NCBI GenBank assembly: GCA_002269645.1
Contig: NIVC01001464.1
Location: 62,001 to 126,000 of the forward strand
Direction: 5' to 3'
From: Macrostomum lignano
Taxonomy: Eukaryota
DNA length: 64,000 bases
Numbering within the stretch: position 1 is the first letter of the stretch; each line of letters opens with the position of its first letter. The notes beneath the pieces were generated by a model. That model saw nothing but the letters and a program-made list of their open reading frames with translations, was not told where the DNA came from and ran no database searches. This document shows positions 59,401 to 64,000 of the stretch, in pieces. Made by a program: the position numbers and the translations under genes.

Positions 59401-62400
59401 ACTTCACCGAGGCCAGGAAACGGATGGCTGATATCTACCTGCAGCATCGCAAGGTGCGCGTTTGATTGTCTGGAATCTTGTCAGACTTGTCTGGAATCTT
59501 GTCAGACTTATCTGGAATCTTGTCAGACTTATCTGGAATCTTGTCAGACTTGTCTGGAATCTTGTCAGACTTATCTGGAATCTTGTCAGACTTGTCTGGA
59601 ATCTTGTCAGACTTGTCTGGAATCTTGTCTGACTTATCTGGAATCTTGTCTGACTTATCTGGAATCTTGTCAGACTTATCTGGAATCTTGTCTGACTTAT
59701 TTGGAATCTAGTCAGACTTATCTAGAATCTTTTCAGCCTTATCTAGAATCTTGTCAGACGTATCTAGAATCTTGTCAGACTTTAAGGTATCTAGAATACA
59801 TATATGGAATCTTGTAAGACTTATCTGGAATTTCGTCAGGCTTTTCTTGAATCTTGTCAGACTTGTCTGGAATCTTGTCAGACTTATCTGGAATCTTGTC
59901 AGACTTGTCTGGAATCTTGTCTGACTTATCTGGAATCTTGTCAGACTTATCTGGAATCTTGTCAGACTTGTCTGGAATCTTGTCAGACTTATCTGGAATC
60001 TTGTCAGACTTGTCTGGAATCTTGTCAGACTTGTCTGGAATCTTGTCTGACTTATCTGGAATCTTGTCTGACTTATCTGGAATCTTGTCAGACTTATCTG
60101 GAATCTTGTCTGACTTATTTGGAATCTAGTCAGACTTATCTAGAATCTTTTCAGCCTTATCTAGAATCTTGTCAGACGTATCTAGAATCTTGTCAGACTT
60201 TAAGGTATCTAGAATACATATATGGAATCTTGTAAGACTTATCTGGAATTTCGTCAGGCTTTTCTTGAATCTTGTCAGACCTAACTTTAAATATGGTTAA
60301 ACTTATCTGGAATCTTGTCAGACATATTAAAAATCTCGTCAGACTTATCTGGAATCTTGTCATGCTTGTATGAAATCTTGTCAGAATTTTTTGGGATATT
60401 GTCAGTCTTTTCTGGAATCTTGTCAGACTTATCTAGAATCTTGTCAGACTTATCTAGAATCTTGTCAGACTTATCTAGAATCTTGTCAGACTTATCTAGA
60501 ATCTTGTCAGACTCATCTAGAATCTTGTCAGACTTATCTAGAATCTTGTCAGACTTATCTAGAATCTTGTCAGACTTATCTAGAATCTTGTCAGACTTAT
60601 CTAGAATCTTGTCAGACTTATCTAGAATCTTGCCAGACTTATCTAGAATCTTGTCAGAACTAATTGAAATCTTGTCAGACTTATTTTAATATTGTCAAAC
60701 TTATTTAGAATATTGTCAGACTTTTCTCAAATATCGTCAGACTTATTTAGAATCTTGTCAGACTTATCTAGAATCTTGTTAGACTTATCTAGAATCTTGT
60801 CAGACTTATCTAGAATCTTGTCTACCCCATCATGACCCCGCCAGGACAAGCGCCTGTACGCCGCGTGCTACCGCGAGCTGGCTGAGAAGATGCAGACCCC
60901 GGAGACCGACCTGCTGCTTGCAGACGCCTACATGGCCATCCAGGAGCCCGAGAAGGCCATCGAAATCTACGAGAGCGTGCTCAAGCGGAACAGCCGAGAC
61001 GCAGCTTTGGCCACAAAGATGGGCCAGGCTCTGGTGAAATGCCACAGCTACAAGAAAGCCGTCACCTACTATGAGCACGCGCTCAAATCTGGTCAGACTT
61101 TTTTAAGATTCGATCTTGCTCAACTGCTGCTCAGGCTGAAGCAGTACGATAAGGCTGAGAAGACTCTGGCCCCTGCTGAGGAGACCAGTTCCGAGGATCC
61201 GGTGCTTGCCGCCAAGCTGCTGCATCTCAGATCTCAGGTCTTTGTTCAGCAGGGTCGAACTCAGGAAGCCGCCGAGGCGCTCAACTCGGCCAAGACTCTG
61301 CTCACCAAAGCGCTGCGCCGGGGCGTTGAGAATGCCGATGAGGAGCAGGTGAGGCTGAAGATGGGGGAGAATTTCGGGTCCGATTCTGAAAAGCAAGGAA
61401 AGCCTATTCTGAATTTTTAACGACTCAAGCGCGTCACGTCAGTTTGTAAAGTCGTCCAAGAATGGTTTTGTTGGCGCTTAACTTTCGATAGAGATGCGAC
61501 TCAAATTCATATCTAGCGACGCAGATGTACTTTAAACACTACTCATTGTCTGCAGCGATTCTAGCACGCCTCAGATACGACACTGACGACTTCTGCCCCA
61601 TTGTCGCAGTAAATAAAACGCTTCAAAATTGACTTTGAGGCTAAATTAGAATCTCGGCTTGGCTCTGCTCGTGCAATTAACGGCCTTGATGGCCAACCCC
61701 CAAGGCGCAGTGAAGTGTACATGTCTAACGATAATATAAAGTTAGGGCCGCTGTACACTCCTGTGTGAGTGTGTGCCTGCGCGTTTGACTGCTCAGGGGA
61801 GTCGGCGGAATGGGCAGCAATGCCTCTCGCCGGTTGTGTGACAATGTCGCTTATAAAGTGCACCAGACTGCACACAGCCTCCTGCCTTTGAGTCTAACAA
61901 AGTCCACTCATGCCCCATCCCGCAGCTCCGGCAGCTGAAGGAGCGAATCCATCTGGAGGCAGCCCGACTGGCCAGGGACCGGGCAGACCTGGACTCCGCC
62001 AAGCAGCTGTACGCTGATGCCGGGCCCACAGGCGGCCTGGAGCTGGTGCGCCTGCTGATGTCTCAGGACGATTTGGACACCGCGCAGCAGCATGCGATGC
62101 GGCTGGTGGCGAAAAATCCTGAAGATGATCAGGCGGTGTTCCTCCTGGCTGAGCTGCTGTGCCAGCAGGGAGACCTGCAGCAAGCCGCCTATCACTACAG
62201 GTTGGTGATGCACAAGGTTCACAAAATCCCTAAATCCCCGGATTCACAAAATAATCCCTAAATCCCTAGATTCACAAAAATCCCCAAATGCCCAGATTCA
62301 CAAAAATCCCTAAATCCCCAGATTCACAAAAATCCCTAAATGCCCAGATTCACAAAAATCCCTAAATCCCCAGATTCACAAAAATCCCTAAATCCCCAGA

Positions 62401-62998
62401 TTCACAAAAATCCCTAAATGCCCATATTCACAAAAAATCCCTAAATCCCCAGATTCACAAAAATCCCTAAATCTCTAGATTCACAAAATATCCCTAAATC
62501 CCCACAATCACAATAATCCACAAATCCTCAAATTCCCAGATTCACAAAAATCCCTAAATCTCCATATTCACAATTATGCCGTCGCAGGCAGCTGCTGGAG
62601 TCCCGGCCGGACAACTACCCGGCCGTTGCCCGCCTCATCGACGTGCTGCGCCGTCTCGGCCGCCTCGAAGAAGCCGCCCCTTTCGTCCTCGCCCAGTCTG
62701 CGCGCGCCCGTGTCGATGGCGGCTTCTGCTACTGCCGCGGCCTCTACGAGTGGCACTGCGGCAACGCTGGCGAGGCGCTGCGTCAGCTGAACCGGGCCCG
62801 GCTGGACTCTGACTTCCAGCAGGAGGCCGTGTTCTGCATGGTGGAGATCTGCATCAATCCCGATAACAACACGCTGGGAGGGGAGCTGTTCGACTCCGGG
62901 TGAGCTGGGGGAGACAGCTGTCTGTCTGTCTGCCTGTCTGTCTGTCTGTCTGTCTGCCTGTCTGTCTGTCTGTCTGTCTGTCTGCCTGCCTGCCTGCC

Positions 62999-63031
<33 letters not shown>

Positions 63032-63061
63032 GCCTGTCTGTCTGTCTGTCTGTCTGCCTGC

Positions 63062-63092
<31 letters not shown>

Positions 63093-63178
63093 CCTGCCTG
63101 CCTGTCTGTCTGTCTGTCTGTCTGCCTGCCTGCCTGTCTGTCTGTCTGCCTGTCTGCCTGTCTGTCTGTCTGTCTGCC

Positions 63179-63239
<61 letters not shown>

Positions 63240-63290
63240 GTCTATCTGCTATCTATCTATCTGTCTATCTATCTATCTATCTGTCTATCA

Positions 63291-63330
<40 letters not shown>

Positions 63331-63331
63331 G

Positions 63332-63372
<41 letters not shown>

Positions 63373-63373
63373 A

Positions 63374-63410
<37 letters not shown>

Positions 63411-63438
63411 GTCTATCTATCTATCTATCTGTCTATCA

Positions 63439-63530
<92 letters not shown>

Positions 63531-64000
63531 GTCTATCTATCTATCCATCTATCCATCTATCTAATCTATCTATTCTAACCCCCAGCGACATGCCAGCCGG
63601 AGACGCAGAGTCCATGGGGCTGCGCACGGCGGAGCGCCTGCTGCACGAGTTGAAGCCCCGGAGCGGCCCGGGCGGCAACGCTGCTCGCCTTCGCGTGGAA
63701 TACCTCAAAGCGATGGTGCTGGTGGCAGGCAAGCAGAAGGCAGGCGCTGACAAGGCCGTCCAGATCTTCAACCAGATGCTGAGCCAAGACAAACTGTACG
63801 TACCGGCCATCTACGGCCTGGCGGCAGCGCACATGGTGGCCAAGAACAGCGCCAAAGCTCGCAGCACACTGAAGCCGCTGGTCACGGTCACTTGGTCGCT
63901 TGAGTTTGCCGACGAGCTGGAGAAAGGCTGGCTGCTGCTGGCCGATATGAGCGTCCAGTCTGGCGGGAGCCGGTCCGAAGGCGCCCAGGAGCTGCTGGCC
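51824..64000 (+). CDS. TTC21B: IFT-A subunit IFT139 (TTC21B), 11 exons in the window, 3' end truncated by the window
   Basis: Exons 51824-52255, 52792-53169, 54559-54657, 55776-56066, 57282-57389, 57819-58325, 59115-59453, 60845-61348, 61926-62200, 62588-62899, 63586->64000. All GT-AG and phase-consistent, 1220 codons so far. Motifs: [81 protein letters not shown]. Confidence 0.96.
52330..52710. repeat. ~18-20-bp minisatellite (agagtacatgatccctc) in TTC21B intron 1
   Basis: Degenerate tandem array. Confidence 0.85.
53235..54455. repeat. 27-bp minisatellite (gggatttccctgtagtttaggaatctt)n in TTC21B intron 2
   Basis: Tandem array. Confidence 0.95.
54955..55712. repeat. 24-bp minisatellite (ccataaatccgcccctgtcactat)n in TTC21B intron 3
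   Basis: Tandem array. Confidence 0.96.
56310..56470. repeat. (TCTG)n microsatellite in TTC21B intron 4
   Basis: Simple repeat. Confidence 0.95.
57425..57720. repeat. Degenerate gggatttcccagtgtacattata-type repeat in TTC21B intron 5
   Basis: Imperfect tandem units. Confidence 0.75.
58400..59035. repeat. ~31-bp minisatellite (gggaattcccttagattcaaatgtacagtga)n in TTC21B intron 6
   Basis: Tandem array. Confidence 0.9.
59465..60822. repeat. 21-bp minisatellite (gaatcttgtcagacttatctg)n in TTC21B intron 7, with a 418-bp higher-order duplication
   Basis: Tandem array; the same variant block occurs at 59733 and 60151. Confidence 0.97.
61639..61898 (+). mobile_element. 5'-truncated copy of the tRNA-derived SINE in TTC21B intron 8
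   Basis: ggctaaatt.gaatctc.gcttggctctgctcgtgcaattaacggccttga... is co-linear with 15215-15490. Confidence 0.85.
62218..62566. repeat. 26-bp minisatellite (aaatccctaaatccccagattcacaa)n in TTC21B intron 9
   Basis: Tandem array. Confidence 0.95.
62918..63573. repeat. Compound (TCTG)n to (TCTA)n microsatellite filling TTC21B intron 10
   Basis: Switches from TCTG to TCTA near 63222. Confidence 0.97.

Noticed and set aside
62201-62261. Extending TTC21B exon 9 to the donor at 62217
   Set aside because: Only the phase-2 donor at 62201 matches the phase-2 acceptor at 62587 and restores [12 protein letters not shown].

Overview
Metazoan genomic DNA, not prokaryotic: spliced genes with GT-AG introns, so the alternative TTG/GTG starts in the ORF track are not meaningful. 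Minisatellite-filled introns and GC-rich exons suggest a free-living flatworm such as Macrostomum; this is an inference only. Eight protein-coding genes form two divergent, internally co-oriented blocks around a ~3.3 kb AT-rich spacer (39997-43317). Minus strand: a highly atypical TGF-beta/activin type I receptor (5 exons, 822 aa), TTC1 (2 exons), a STARD10-like START protein (5 exons) and an intronless EGFR (1512 aa). Plus strand: DNAAF1/LRRC50 (3 exons), MRPL54, NUDT14 and TTC21B/IFT139 (11 exons, runs off the window). Nearly every intron carries its own minisatellite. The large receptor intron instead holds several non-autonomous DNA transposons and long inverted repeats. A tRNA-derived SINE occurs twice. 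Best leads: (1) the type I receptor has natural substitutions at positions where ACVR1/TGFBR1 gain-of-function mutations lie, plus type-II-like kinase motifs and a ~270-aa ectodomain; (2) an evenly spaced, operon-like four-gene plus-strand cluster bracketed by two ciliary genes; (3) sense-strand C-skew of the intronic minisatellites; (4) a foldback element whose core looks like a captured spliced fragment. No CRISPR, rRNA or genuine tRNA genes were found.
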